DNA of 64,000 nt from Rhizodiscina lignyota. Taxonomy: Eukaryota. Positions 37,003 through 49,283 of this stretch are shown here, piece by piece; positions within the stretch are counted from its first letter, which is position 1; every line of letters begins with the position of its first letter. The DNA is taken from the NCBI GenBank assembly GCA_010015805.1, contig ML978125.1, positions 1-64,000 on the forward strand. The letters are read 5' to 3'. A program made the translations under genes and the position numbers. Under the pieces are notes generated by a model. The model was not told the origin of the DNA. It saw nothing but the letters and a program-made list of their open reading frames with translations, and ran no database searches.

Positions 37003-37290
37003 ATGTATTGCATGGGCAAAGATGGAGAACTCGAGCAATAACGGTTGCATTTGCTGTTGGCTGGCATGGCGCGTCACGCATGGCTCTTGTTGTATGAATC
37101 TCATGTTACTTGTGCTGCTGTTATTAGCATTTTATGAATTGATAGAACACCTATCCTCGATGCAGCTTAGGTCGTGTTTGCCTAGCTTTCCTCCGCGTTG
37201 CGTGAGATTGTGTTGGAGGGCCTGAGGGTGTGATGTATATAAACCACCACTCTGAAGAGAGGTTGCTTTGCGTCATCAACCACAATCAAC

Positions 37291-37470
37291 ATGGTAGTAG
37301 CAGGTATTCCGCAAGCACCAACTGGTCTCATAATCCTCTGGGCTCCCCACTCCTCTAGCACAACCACAACATCAAGCTAAGGCACTCCTCAACCACCAAC
37401 CGGTCTAACAACCCTCCTCCCGACCGAACTCCGGCAGCAGATTCTCAGCTACGTCCTCCACAACATCTGA
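37291..37470 (+). pseudogene. F-box-like gene relic
   Basis: TATA box at about 37236 and ATG at 37291, then in-frame TAA at 37378, then LTTLLPTELRQQILSYVL followed by TGA. Confidence 0.35.
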
Positions 37471-38009
37471 GCGTTCCGAGTTCGAGGCTGCGGGTACCGA
37501 TCAAGGCGAAAGGGAACCGGACTTACCTATTGCAAGAAGAAGAAGCGTACGGCGTACCTTACTTACATTCACATCAGTCAATCGAGCAACACGAAGAGAG
37601 ACGGTGTATTTTTTTCGGGTACAATACAGATTGATAAACCAAGAGTTTGAGGGGTGTCAAAAGTCGCAGGAGGAACTTACAAAGGACGGTTTGGGCAGAT
37701 ACTGGGATCATATAATTGGTGTTTCCATTGTGATTTGCAAAGAGTACATTAGAGACTCAAGGATGTGTTACGTGATCCTTGGTAAAATTCTGCCTTTATT
37801 GACGTGCTCAGGGAAAATTTTAGTATTGCAATTGAGTTTGACAGGTCGTAGCAAGAAGAAAGGTTAAAGACCGAGTAGGAAAGCTTTCCAGAGTCAGAGA
37901 AGAGGCATGAAAGTTGTCAATAGTCAAGCGGCTCGAAAAACTGTGATGGAAAGGTTGGGTGGCAGGATAATACAACAGGGAAATTGTATACGAGAATATT
38001 AGCTTTGCT

Positions 38010-39193
38010 CTAATCGAACAATACCACCATTCGCTTTGAAGCTTTTCCTGTGCTCATATCCTCATACATCTGCGGCATATCTTCCAGCTTTTTGAAATCG
38101 ACCTCGGGAATGATCTGATGCTTAGCTGTGAAATCTACCGCCCTCTTCATGTCCTTGGGATGTCCCGTATTCGATCCCTTGACTCTGTACTGCTGAGTTA
38201 CAATGTCCCAAGCTGGGAAGTCGATCGCTTTGATAGGCAGACCAACAACCATGAGCACTCCGCCGAGTTTTAGCACCTTCTTCGCGTTTCCGTAAGCCGG
38301 AATGACGTTGCTGTACACTGCTGCGCCGTGGGTTCCGCCTTTGATATTGTCAGGCCCGCGCGTCAACTTCTTGACCTCCTCTAACCAATCAGGATTCGAC
38401 GCAGTATTGATGATGGCATCAGCACCTTTCTGTTTAGCGATTTGAAGCATGTTGTCGTTGACGTCGAGTCCGATTACTTTGTAGCCCATTGCTTTGGCGT
38501 ATTGGACGGCGTACTGGCCCAACCCACCGCAACCGATGACAGCGAACCATTCTCCGGGTTTCAGCTCTGCTCTATCGACGGAATGGAATGCTGTGCGAAC
38601 ATTAACTTTCAATTTCCGACGGCTTTGGGTCAGAGGGGAAATGGCTGCATTACCAGTGATGCCCGCACAGAACAACGGGCTCATCTTCTCCGCCGGTAGA
38701 CTGTCCGGCAGCAAGATGCAGTCCTCCCAATCAATCAGCGAGTACTCCGAGAAGAAGCCATCCGTCATGATCCCCTTGACTTTCGCTCCGCCGTTCACTG
38801 GTTCGTAGCACAGTGTGCCGTGCGCGTGGCAGCCCTCGCACGTGAAACAGCAGTTCACGATGTACAGCATACCAATCTTGTCGCCGACTTTGAAACCCTT
38901 GCCTTCAGAAGACGGGTGGAGCTTTTCAACGATTCCAACACCCTCGTGGCCCATAGTCAAGGGCTTGCCATCGTCCGGGAACATCTCGGCCATGAGATCG
39001 GAATGGCAGAGCGATGCTCCTGTCATCTTCACCAGCAGCTGACCCTCTGTTGGCTCCGGAATAGGCACATCGTTGATCAAGACCTTGCCGCTTTTCTAAC
39101 CCCAACCTCAGTGATGAGTCTATAATGGCAAATGGTTATTCGGCCCACCTTGTCGAATTGAGCGGCCTTCATGGTACCCTTTGCGCCGTTCAT
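38010..39193 (-). CDS. Zinc-dependent alcohol dehydrogenase (MDR family)
   Basis: LCHSD, GHEGVG, structural Zn cysteines C..CEGC.......C, CAGIT and GCGGLG. Start MNGAKGTMKAAQFDK at 39193. Two introns. Confidence 0.92.
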
Positions 39194-41385
39194 GTTGACA
39201 GATTTCCGTCAAACGTAGATATATCGCAGTGTACAAGAAGAGAGGCTCAACTCAGCGAAAGTAATTAAAGCAGACAGTCACATGGACTTGAAGCTAAAGA
39301 AGAAAGTAAAAAGTTACTTACTCCCCCGCCGACTTCTCGGCCCACTCATCAATGTTCAGAGGTACAGTGACTTGCGCGTCGCGGGTATCGCTGGCCGATC
39401 TCCGCCTCTACTCCTCACTTTACACCCAACAGAAAGCAGAGCACACTCCCGAGGGGTTGCACATGAGACAGATGGCAGTGCTAATGTACATCGAGCTGGG
39501 CGGAGCGTGCACATCCGCGGCAGACGAAGTGGTTGGAGGTGGGGTAGCGGGAAGGTTTGAGAGCTCGAAGAAGCAAAGTGTGTGAGTCTGGATGTAAAGT
39601 AGTTTCTTGGCCATTTCACTTCGCAGAGGCCAAAGATGCTGATGGAAATAAGAGAGTGGTTGGAAGTGTGCATCACGATAAGTCTGATGCCCCTTTCTTT
39701 CTTAAAGCGGCGTCTGTTGCGTCAAAGCTCAGCTGACACCTCTCCTCGACTCGTCCATTTCTTCGTCTTTTCCTCATCCATAAAGCCTTTCGATCAATTT
39801 CCATCGGCATTAATAGCACTACAATCTAGAACTTGAAGGACTACGTGACTAAAGAGCCATTGAAACTAAGAGGATCCAACTTTAAGAAACGCGATCTGGT
39901 CATTGACTCATTGCTCTCTGCGCCGCAGGTCGGAGTTCTTTGTTCAGCATGCTTTGAAGCTCTCAGATTGCCACAATCGCGTTTGTCTTATAAGTATAAT
40001 TCTCCATTACGATATGGTCGATTCCTTGTTCCATCTCAATGCTTGTTCTCATATTTCTTTGATACACGCCGCTATTCAAAGCTCTTTAGGCAGCATCTTC
40101 CTCCACGGCAGAGCAAGTCTTCTGCAACAATATAGCTTAAGAGCATCTACTGCTCTTTTCTCCAGTCATCGTTCCCCCGCATTACACCAGCCGCAATGCA
40201 CTTCTTTCTTATTGTAGTCACGCTTTTCCTCGTTTACGGGGCTCGCCGCAGTCCCGGACTCAGCGCAGTCGTTATTGCTTCAGTCTTTAGCATAGCTCTT
40301 AATGCTCATCTAGTGACAAGCTCTGCCTGTACAACGACCTGGGAGTTTATTCTTGCCGGTCCAAGTCCGGGGCTCAGCCAGATACCTTGTTCTGCTACTA
40401 TCACGCCGGCACCACCCAAACCATCACCTTTTAGTCAATTTGAACCAAACCCTAAAATATCTTACCTGGCTCCCAAGGTCAGCCCGGTACATGGTGTTCC
40501 AAAAGTAATGGCTTAGTTGAATCGCCAACCACTCCGTCTCCGCGCTTCTGCTCATGCTAACCCGGCTTAGCTCAAGGACAAACCCCCAACGGCCCGTTTA
40601 AATCACGCAGTAATCGAGGCTCATAAGCTCGCTGAAGCTGTCTCGGTGCTCGAACAAAAGATGAAGCACGGCAAGAGTAAGTCACCCAGGCCTCCAGCTC
40701 GGCCCTGCGCCGTGGCGTCAGAAGCCTTCTCCCACCATTCGATCTCTTTTTGAACCCAATCCTCAAATAACTCACTTACCTGCTGCCAGCGCACCGAATA
40801 GGTCATCAGTAGAGCCAGGGCAGTTTTCTAGAACCCCCTCAACAATGCGATGCAGTCCCACCGGGATTCGATCATGTATACGGAGACCCAAGGTCCGCTG
40901 AAGCAAATTGGGCCCGCTTGGGGAGGAGGCATAACTCTCTCTAGTCGTCGGAGGACATCATCGCATGTAACCGCTCACCCAGGCTCTGGATAATGGCTGG
41001 AGTCTAATTCTATTCCTTCAGTTCCATCTCTCGAGGATGAAGAGGCTAACGAGCTGCATGACAATGCTTCCGAAAATGGTGTCGTGATCGTTAGGGTCAC
41101 AATGGTCAGCACTTTTGTTACGACCATGGTCGGAGATGCCTATCTGATGCTGAAGTTTGCATAATGCATACACGGAAATGGCATCTTCCTCGTGAAGTGA
41201 TTTTCCGTAACGTCGTTCACATTTGCAGAGGGGATGCTCACAAATACGACTAGAGGACTTTGCTGCTAGATACCCTGCAAATTCAAGGAGGTTTACCTAT
41301 ATTAGACATAGCAGCTCTAATTCGGCCTCAGCTTTCTCAGATCCATTCACTCATAAATTTTTCTATTCCGAAAACGCTAACTACA

Positions 41386-41628
41386 TCACCACTGTAGGTA
41401 TCTTAACCGTATGGCACCTGAAAGAATAGTCGCAGCCTCTTCTTCCCTGTGCAGCGTGTAGTCGGGGAGAAGGAACAGAGGTCCCTGGATATGCTTTGAT
41501 TTGATCGTATCTTTGAGTCTTCGAGAGACCCTTTGCGCGAGAAGGAGTGACTGCTGTGGGAGCTGGAGGAGGATGAGCTCCAGAAGTCCAGGAAGGATGA
41601 ACACATGGTCGATTGCTCACGTTTCCAT
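41386..41628 (-). pseudogene. F-box domain pseudogene
   Basis: ATG GAA ACG TGA, then AIDHVFILPGLLELILLQLPQQSLLLAQRVSRRLKDTIKSKHIQGPLFL, which matches the fungal F-box pattern VF..PELLE.ILL.LP...LL.QRV. Confidence 0.55.
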
Positions 41629-41924
41629 GTTGGTAGGAGGTAATGCTTTCTGTGACGTTGAATTTGGAGAAGCGTTCTCTATCTATACTTCCTTGATGCC
41701 GAGACTCCATTCTATGTTGCTCCATTCACAACGCGGTATCACGTGGTCTCGACGGTAAGCTCCGTTGGCCTGGCAAGTGCAGCCTGACGGTGATACTCTG
41801 GAAATTTTGCCCCTCCCCCGCCAAACAAGTTCATTCCAATATATACAGCACCATTCCACTATTACCGATATTCCAGACTTGTTTCCAGTTCGTTGAGTCT
41901 CCTGGCCGTGTGCACTCCGAGAAA

Positions 41925-42648
41925 ATGGCGGCAAAGAAAGGCGGCGAGAATACCAAGAAAGCGGCAGGAAATGCACGCAAGGCTGAGGCTGCAGCACAGA
42001 AGCAAGCAGTAAAGAATCGTGAAGAAGAGTCCCAGGAATCTGCGAAATGGTCAAAGGGTTCGAAAGATAACAGCAAGGCGTATGTTCATACTCAAATTCC
42101 GGAAGAGCCGACACTGATCCGCATACAGTGAAGCTGCGGCAGCGAGACAAGCAGAGGCAGCGAGGAAGAAAGCAGAGAAAGAAGCTCTCGCGAAAGCCGA
42201 AGAAGCGTCGTTACCTTCCAAGGGCGGCCCTTCGAAGACGAAGACTGCGCAAAAGAAGAGTCGTGGCCCCAGCCTGGACCTCGCCGCTCTGGACGGCGAG
42301 CCAACGTCGAAAAAGGGAGCCGACCTTAACGCCACTGGCATTGACAATGCTCTAGACGCCCTTACCCTCACATCGAACAACAATTCTCAAATAGATCGAC
42401 ATCCTGAACGTAGATTCAAGGCCGCTTATGCCGTATTCGAAGAGAGGCGACTGGAGGAGATGAAGGACGAGAAGGGCTTGAGGCGGCAGCAGAAGATCGA
42501 GCTTATACGGAAGGAGTTCGAGAAGCATCCAGACAATCCGTTCAATCAGATCAGCGCGCAGTTCAACAGCACGAGGGAAGAGTTGGCAGAGCTACAGGAT
42601 GCGGAGAAGAGGAAGATTGAGTCGAGGCTGGGAAACACGAGTACCTGA
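41925..42648 (+). CDS. CCDC124/Lso2-like (DUF1014) protein (2 exons)
   Basis: GENTKKAAGNARKAE..., W.KGSK, GIDNALDAL, DRHPERRFKAAY..FEERRL and FEKHPDNPFNQ. Intron at about 42080-42128. Confidence 0.9.
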
Positions 42649-43390
42649 GGGAAGAGGGAGCTGGGAAGCAGCACACTTTATGCACGAAACGATCATTAGC
42701 TTATGAGCATGGCAAAGGGCGTTCTGGGTACTAAGAGACATGGTGTTGGAACGCCATATAGAACGGTCTTTCTTCCGGACATCGAGGGTCAAGATTCCAT
42801 TAGTTTTTCGCTGATAGATGAGTCGTCTAGCATTCAATACCCTTCAACTGTGAAATTCTTTTCATTCTTCCGCTTGATCGAAATCTTCAGCTTCGACAGC
42901 TCTCCACGAACGAAAGAGTCATCAATTTTTCGTTGTATAATCTGTTATCATCGGTGATGGCAAAATGCACTCTACGCGGAAGCTAAGCCGCGAATTTTTA
43001 CTTTCTTCCGCGGAGCTCGTACCGTGCTCAGAACTTGGCCTATTTACACCGTTCAATCTATTCCGCCGAGCGCGCACTGCGCGCCGAAATTCAACTAGCT
43101 CTCCTGCCACCTTTCTTCAGCTAATTCGCAAACTCACTAGAAGGCGCGCAACATAGACCAGTCCTGCTCTTCAACAAAAGGGAAAGAATCAGTGAAAGTT
43201 CGGTTTCAGAAGATTCACCCAGTGTTTGTTAATTCTGTACAGCGTTATTGAACTCCATCTATCCCGACTGAAGAGACTACCCACCTTAGCGGTTCAAGAT
43301 GACAAAGCGACGGCATGAACCTTCTGCCGTCATCTCTGTACAGTGTGCATGTCGCCTCCAACTCTGTGCCTTCGAAAGTGCTTTTCCTCT

Positions 43391-43768
43391 TCATATTGTC
43401 TGCTGCAGGTACCTAATCGCCCAATAAAACTTCCAGAGCCCGAAGGCGAAAAGCGTACCAAACCCCAACCACAGCCAACCTCCGAACTTGAGACTGAGCA
43501 CTTTACTGTCTGCCCAGTGCTCTGATGGCCTCTCCGACGATTTCATCCTTCCCTCTTCCTGCACAGTCGATACGTCTGACGACTCAGCGCGGGACGATTC
43601 CGACTCCCACACGAATTCCCAGCCATCCTGGATCATTGATTCTCGGTGCGATTCGAGGTCTGCGTCTGGTATTTCGAGTATAATCGTTTGGGATTGTGGA
43701 TACGCGTCGTCGTTCCATGCGTATGGCCAGGGGCCGCGTGAGGCTTCGTCGTGGGTTGGTTGACGCAT
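43391..43768 (-). CDS. Possible orphan protein with a C-terminal TM segment
   Basis: ATG in good context (ACCACAATG), acidic body and hydrophobic GGWLWLGFGTLFAFGLW. No recognisable family. Confidence 0.35.
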   Translation of the reverse strand: MRQPTHDEASRGPWPYAWNDDAYPQSQTIILEIPDADLESHRESMIQDGWEFVWESESSRAESSDVSTVQEEGRMKSSERPSEHWADSKVLSLKFGGWLWLGFGTLFAFGLWKFYWAIRYLQQTI

Positions 43769-46700
43769 TGTGGTTGTTTTTGATGGATTCGGGATGCGAA
43801 GATGGGACGAATTTTGGACTTTAAGGAAAAGGGAATGAAACGGGCGAGAATTTAACCATACAGTCGTTGCGCGATGATCCCGTTGAAGAATTTAACGGTC
43901 CACTAGACAAGTGAACAATTAGCAATACAAAGATGGCAAACCGCTCAGGCGTGGCATGTTTGATGGTTTCGAAAACCGTTGAATATAAGAAATACCAAGC
44001 TCTCCAATCAAATGAAACCAAGTCGTATTCAAATTCTAGTTAAAGTTTAAAGGTATCGGCACATGCCAATGTCATAGTTGCGGGTATGTGCAATGAGCGC
44101 AATGAAAGTAATGACTGTAGTAACTACATCGAAGATTATAGTCCATAGGTGAGTTGAGTCTGAACAATGTGTCGCTACCGAGATTGCATTAGTTAGATGT
44201 GCTGTTGGCGCTACTGATCTGGCAGTTGACGAAGGATGCTTTTCTGATAGACCCGCTAGAGCCATTGATTTTATGTTGAGTAAATATAAAATTTATTTGA
44301 ATTCGACACGGAATAATAGAAATGGAGAATGCCTTTAAATGCTTACTCTATCGCATGGAAAGCAAGCAGGTGACGGGTCAGAACCCTCGCGAAAGGACGG
44401 CATTCGCAATATAGAGAAGATGTGCTGAAGGATTGGAGGAAAGGACGAAAGCAATAGGGGTGCAGACACTACCTGTGGTTCATTATTTGTGATGATGAGC
44501 GACAGCCTTGTGGGAGGGTGAGGGCGTGGCTTCAAAGATCCCAACGTTTTGAAGGAAGGATAGCTATAAAAACTGTAGAATAGTCGTATGAATATCTGGG
44601 GGGGAAGGAACGAGATATCTAGTTTCACAAATTGAGTTGTGTCGGGCTATGGAAGGAAGGGAGGCATTAGTACATGTGCTATGAAAGCCGTCCCGTGTGG
44701 TGGAAATAAAACGGGCTATGAAATGGGTTTGTCTGTAAGTCTGCTTTATGTACGACATGCAGATGCGGTTTTTTCGCTTCCAAAAGTATTTCTGACCGCC
44801 CGGCTTGAGAAATTGACGGGAATAAATATTTTCGTCAGCTGGCGTTGGCAACAGGGCCAGCGAAAATGAGGCAGTTACAAGTTCAATCGCCTCCCGCTAG
44901 AGATAGACACGTAAAGACGCACCCAGAACAGAAGATCTTCATCTCGAGCTTGGAGCTTGCGGACGGCAAGCCCTGCGGCGACGGAAAACTTGCTCGCCGC
45001 GGCGCTTTAAACATCCCGTTATCGATCCAGGACGGACGGAGGCTTCTTATCGCTGCCAGGAGATCCGCAAATAGCAAACGAAACACCGCACCCTTGTCTT
45101 CCAACTGGTGAACGAGCGCTATCGTCATTCGAGGTAGGCTCTATCGATATCATGGAGGCCGGTGTGGCTCAAGGAAGTGCGCAAGATTTTCGATTCTCCT
45201 CGAATCTTTCAGCCTTGCCACTTCCACCTCGGACCCATGAATCTATTGTGCTACGAGAACTGCTACCAGCTCGGGAAACAGCCAGACCATATGGCCAGAA
45301 CACTGGAATGCGCCTGTATCAAGAGTCCAGGGCTCAGCGACAGAACACGAGAGTGCGCTGCTTCAAATAATCGGATAACTCGAAGTCCAGATAATACGTT
45401 TGAAACAGCAAGAGCTTACCGCAAGGCACAATGTGTTTCAGACAATCAATGCCGCACGAGCACGTTTCAACTTGCAAAGCGATTTCGCTCTCACTGCTGA
45501 ACCTTTTACAGAAAACCTGAACAGATTCTGTTACAGAGCTGCGGAGCTGGAGAAAAGATTCACTGAGATTGAGAAAGGTAACCCTTGCTTGAACTCTGTC
45601 TATGTCGACAAGACCATACTAATTTCAAACAGGTCTGGACATCCATCCAGAATTGACGTCAATTCCAGAGTTTTACGACTCTTTCCCGCCATGAAACGTT
45701 TGGCAACACATATCTCCCTTGGAACAACCCCTCCTATTAGCCCCACGAGCCAGTATCTGCCCACCAGTGGCTCTATCCAAAGGATCAAATGTTAACGGAC
45801 TCCGAGGCTCAACAGAGTTCTCCCCGAGTGAGAGGCAGAGATGAAATCGGCGGTCCCAAGTCCGTCCTTCATCCTCAAGACGACATTGACGTACAGCATA
45901 CGTCGCAATGAACTTATGGGATGTTCCCAGAAACACCAGAGAGCTGCTATCACGCGGAGACATGTACTTTGGCCCTCTCGGCATATTTATGATCAACCGT
46001 CATTGCTGTTTGTAATTCGCACCCCCCAGCAGCCTTCAAGATGTCTGGCATTGGCGTCACCGTGAAAGAACCTTCTTGAACAGGATGAATGAACGCGCCA
46101 TCCAGGGGATCACAGGTGGAATATGCTGGGAGATTGGTATTATGTCTCGAAACATCCGTATCTCGAGCGTTAGCATCTTTCGCTTTCGAGGAGGGTCCGT
46201 TTGTCAATGTTCCAGTCTCATGTTCTATTAGTTCTCAGCTGTGTTTTGTTTGTTGCATGTTCGCAATCTCGAAAGCTCACATACCGCTGAGATTGGATGC
46301 GGCGCTTAGCTCACTCGCCGAACAGGTGATCGAGCATTGCATCCGACGTAATTGCAGATACGCTACAACAAGCGCAGCTATGCCGATGATTGCTGCAGCG
46401 GTTCCGAGTACAACTGTTTCCATTTGACTGGCGTCGAAGCCTTGCGATGAACCGGGCGCACCGTTGGTGTTGCTGGGCATCACTGAGTATGTGACACAGT
46501 TTTGCTTAGATGTTGAGGATGGACTTGAGCAAGGAAGAAGCGTGTCATTCACACTTCGAAGGCCGTATATAGGAGACATGGTGTCGAATCGTGCGACGTG
46601 GGATCTGGCAAGAAAGAATCAAGATGCGGTGGGTTGCGAAGAAGTGGAAAAATGACGAACATTGACCTTACCTAAAGGAATCCGACAGTTATAGCTAGCG

Positions 46701-47674
46701 GATGCTTGAGGAACAGGCGACGAAAGTCATGGCTATGAGTACTGCGGTTGTCATCATTGATCCTGAGTATTTGGCCACCATTTTTGGCTATGAATACGTC
46801 TGGTTCGTTACGATTTGATAGAAGTGGCTGAGACATAAAAGGTGAAAGTAATGGTTGAATCCTTGGCATGTAATTATGTAGTTGTGAGATCTGGAGTAGT
46901 GGCTACGAAATGAACAGCATGGCTATGAAAGCTAAGCAATCGACTCACGAAATCTTCGAGGCCATCCGAGAGGCGAATATCGGTCGTAGCAAGACTTCCC
47001 CGTTTGTGATGGATTCAAGCCGAATACAAGAGAACACTCAGGAGAGATGCATGAGAGTAATTGTAAAACTTGATGAAATGTCGGCGTCGGACGAAGTTTT
47101 AGAGGGAGACCTCGTGAAGCGTCAACTCGGCGTTGCGCACGTGCGGAGAGCAATCTTGGCTATGAACCGGCTGTGAAAGAAGGCCAGGCTTTACTGTATT
47201 CCCGAGTAATCGTTCATAAGTTTGGAACAACTTCGACCGATACGTACCATGACGGTCCTCCTTATGTCAGAATGCCTGATCCTTCTTGAAAGTCCGGTTC
47301 AGCCTCGATTATTAACACCGTGGGGCTTAGATCGACATGCATGCATTGGCCGACACCCCGCGATCGACGACTGTGGCCGAGTCCGAAGGGTTTTGGCTAT
47401 GACAGAGCAAGCTGGCTATGAAGAGTAGTTATAAGGGTTGATAGATATAAGCCTTAGAGTACTCTCATCGCGATACATGAATCAGCTGCATGAATCAGCC
47501 ATCGGCCCAGACCTCGTTCGCAGCGTTTACCGAAATTAGAAACGTCACGGCAGCTGAAAGTGTACGGATCTCTCTCATCATGGAACATCAATTTCGTTGA
47601 AAAGCTAGAAAATCTGACATCAGGGCAGGACTTAGTTTACCCATAGCAGCGAGCGCACCGAGTTTTGGTATTCG

Positions 47675-48945
47675 ATGGACATCGGCGCGTGGTCTTCCAA
47701 TCAATCGGTTGCACCATCTCCACTGACGAGGCCGTCCGATGTTGCTTCGGGTTGTTCGCAACAGGTTGTATCCACGAGCGACAAAGATTCATCAAAGCGG
47801 TTTCAATGCGATCTCTGTCCTAACAGTTTCACAAGGAAGGAGAACTTGGTCGGCCATGTTCGAGCTGCTCACAGTAATGAGAGACCATTTGCCTGCAAGG
47901 AATGTGGAAAGCGCTTCGTGCGCAAAAACGACCGCGACCGACACGAGAAGCAGCACTCAGCCCCTAAACAGTTCAGATGTGGCGGAAGGCAGCCTAGCGG
48001 TCAATCATTGGGTTGCGGGAGGGCATTCCATCGGTTGGACGCGCTCAAATCACACCTTCGGTCAAAATTGGGCAAAGACTGCGCCAAATCGCTCACTCGG
48101 ATTGACAAGGAAGAGACGGAGAGCCCATCAACTGCTCCCGAGGAGACACAGTCATTAAACATTCAAGACACTAAAGAGACTGTGCCCAATCCCCACGACG
48201 AGGAGTCGAGGTTTGCGGAAGTTGGAGAAGTATCGTACGCGCGCCGAGAAGCCCACTATAAACTAGACAGAGACGCGCTACGGAGAGAAAATAAACGACT
48301 GAAAGCGAACTCATTCGACTGTGAGGAATTCTACCTCGAATTACAGAGTAGACGACGAAGAAACGCCCTACCAGAACTTAAATGGCTCGAGATACCAAGA
48401 ATTCGACCGAAATGCATCCCGCTGCTGCTCATCCAAAGAGTAATCACTTTGGAAAAGGAGCTTATACATAGAGGTATGTAGTATTGTGAGGAATCGAGAG
48501 CAGAACTTCAAAATGAGGTACAATTTGTTGATTGTTGACAGGAATCGATGTCGAAAAGGAATTGTCGTCTTGGAATGTCCGCTGTGAAAAAATACCGATC
48601 CAAGCGACGATTGGGGGCCACGTCAGCTCCCCTCCTCCGAGTCCCTCAAATGTAGGTGCTGATTACGGCGTTCAGCCTTTGGCGAACGAGCACCACCAGA
48701 AAGGGAACACCGAGCTGTCTTCGTCTCGCTTTTGCCGGGACGGTGGATCTGGGAATTCCTGTATACTGAGACCGCTAAAGAGGCCTCGGAATGAGAGCAG
48801 TGACATTAAGAGCAGAAACAGCGCTCCTCGACCTACTCACTCTCCACGAGACCGGCACCATCAGATTCCTTCTTACGCCTTAACCCCTTCCGATGTCTTT
48901 CTCTCTCTGAGCGCCGAAGTTTTGAATCAGCTTCCGGTTCTCTGA
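47675..48945 (+). CDS. C2H2 zinc-finger protein with a Crz1-type finger triad
   Basis: FQCDLCPNSFTR..NL..H...H.NERPFAC..CGK.F.R..DR.RHE..H...K.F.C...GCGR.F.R.DAL..H.RS..G..C. Probable intron at about 48473-48540. Start uncertain. Confidence 0.75.
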
Positions 48946-49283
48946 CCTATACTCCATCTGCTTGGCAGACCCAACGCTTCTTGGATTATCTAGCTTCACA
49001 TGAATCCTTAAACGTGCTCATCTTGGGCGGTGCATCGATGCTTGGAGCGTCACATTTCTTGTGGACCAACGCAGACCTGACACAGCACGAACGAGCAAGA
49101 AGGCTTCAACATAGAATCCTTGCAGATAATCGATCAAAGAGAGTACTCTATTCTTTCGATATGGTGAGGACTCCCGTGAAATACGACTCTGCCAGACAAA
49201 TATATTGGAATTGGAGGCTGGATTATAATCTAACAACCCTTCTGCAAATGTCGTCGTTTGTCCAGCATTGCAAACATCTCCTC

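Noticed and set aside
36548..37104. Antisense and alternate-frame ORFs over CDC45 (and similar ones over other genes)
   Set aside because: Shadow ORFs caused by the codon bias of the real genes.
40196..40516. 106-aa hydrophobic ORF
   Set aside because: Could be an orphan or decayed gene, but no family or splice structure supports a call.
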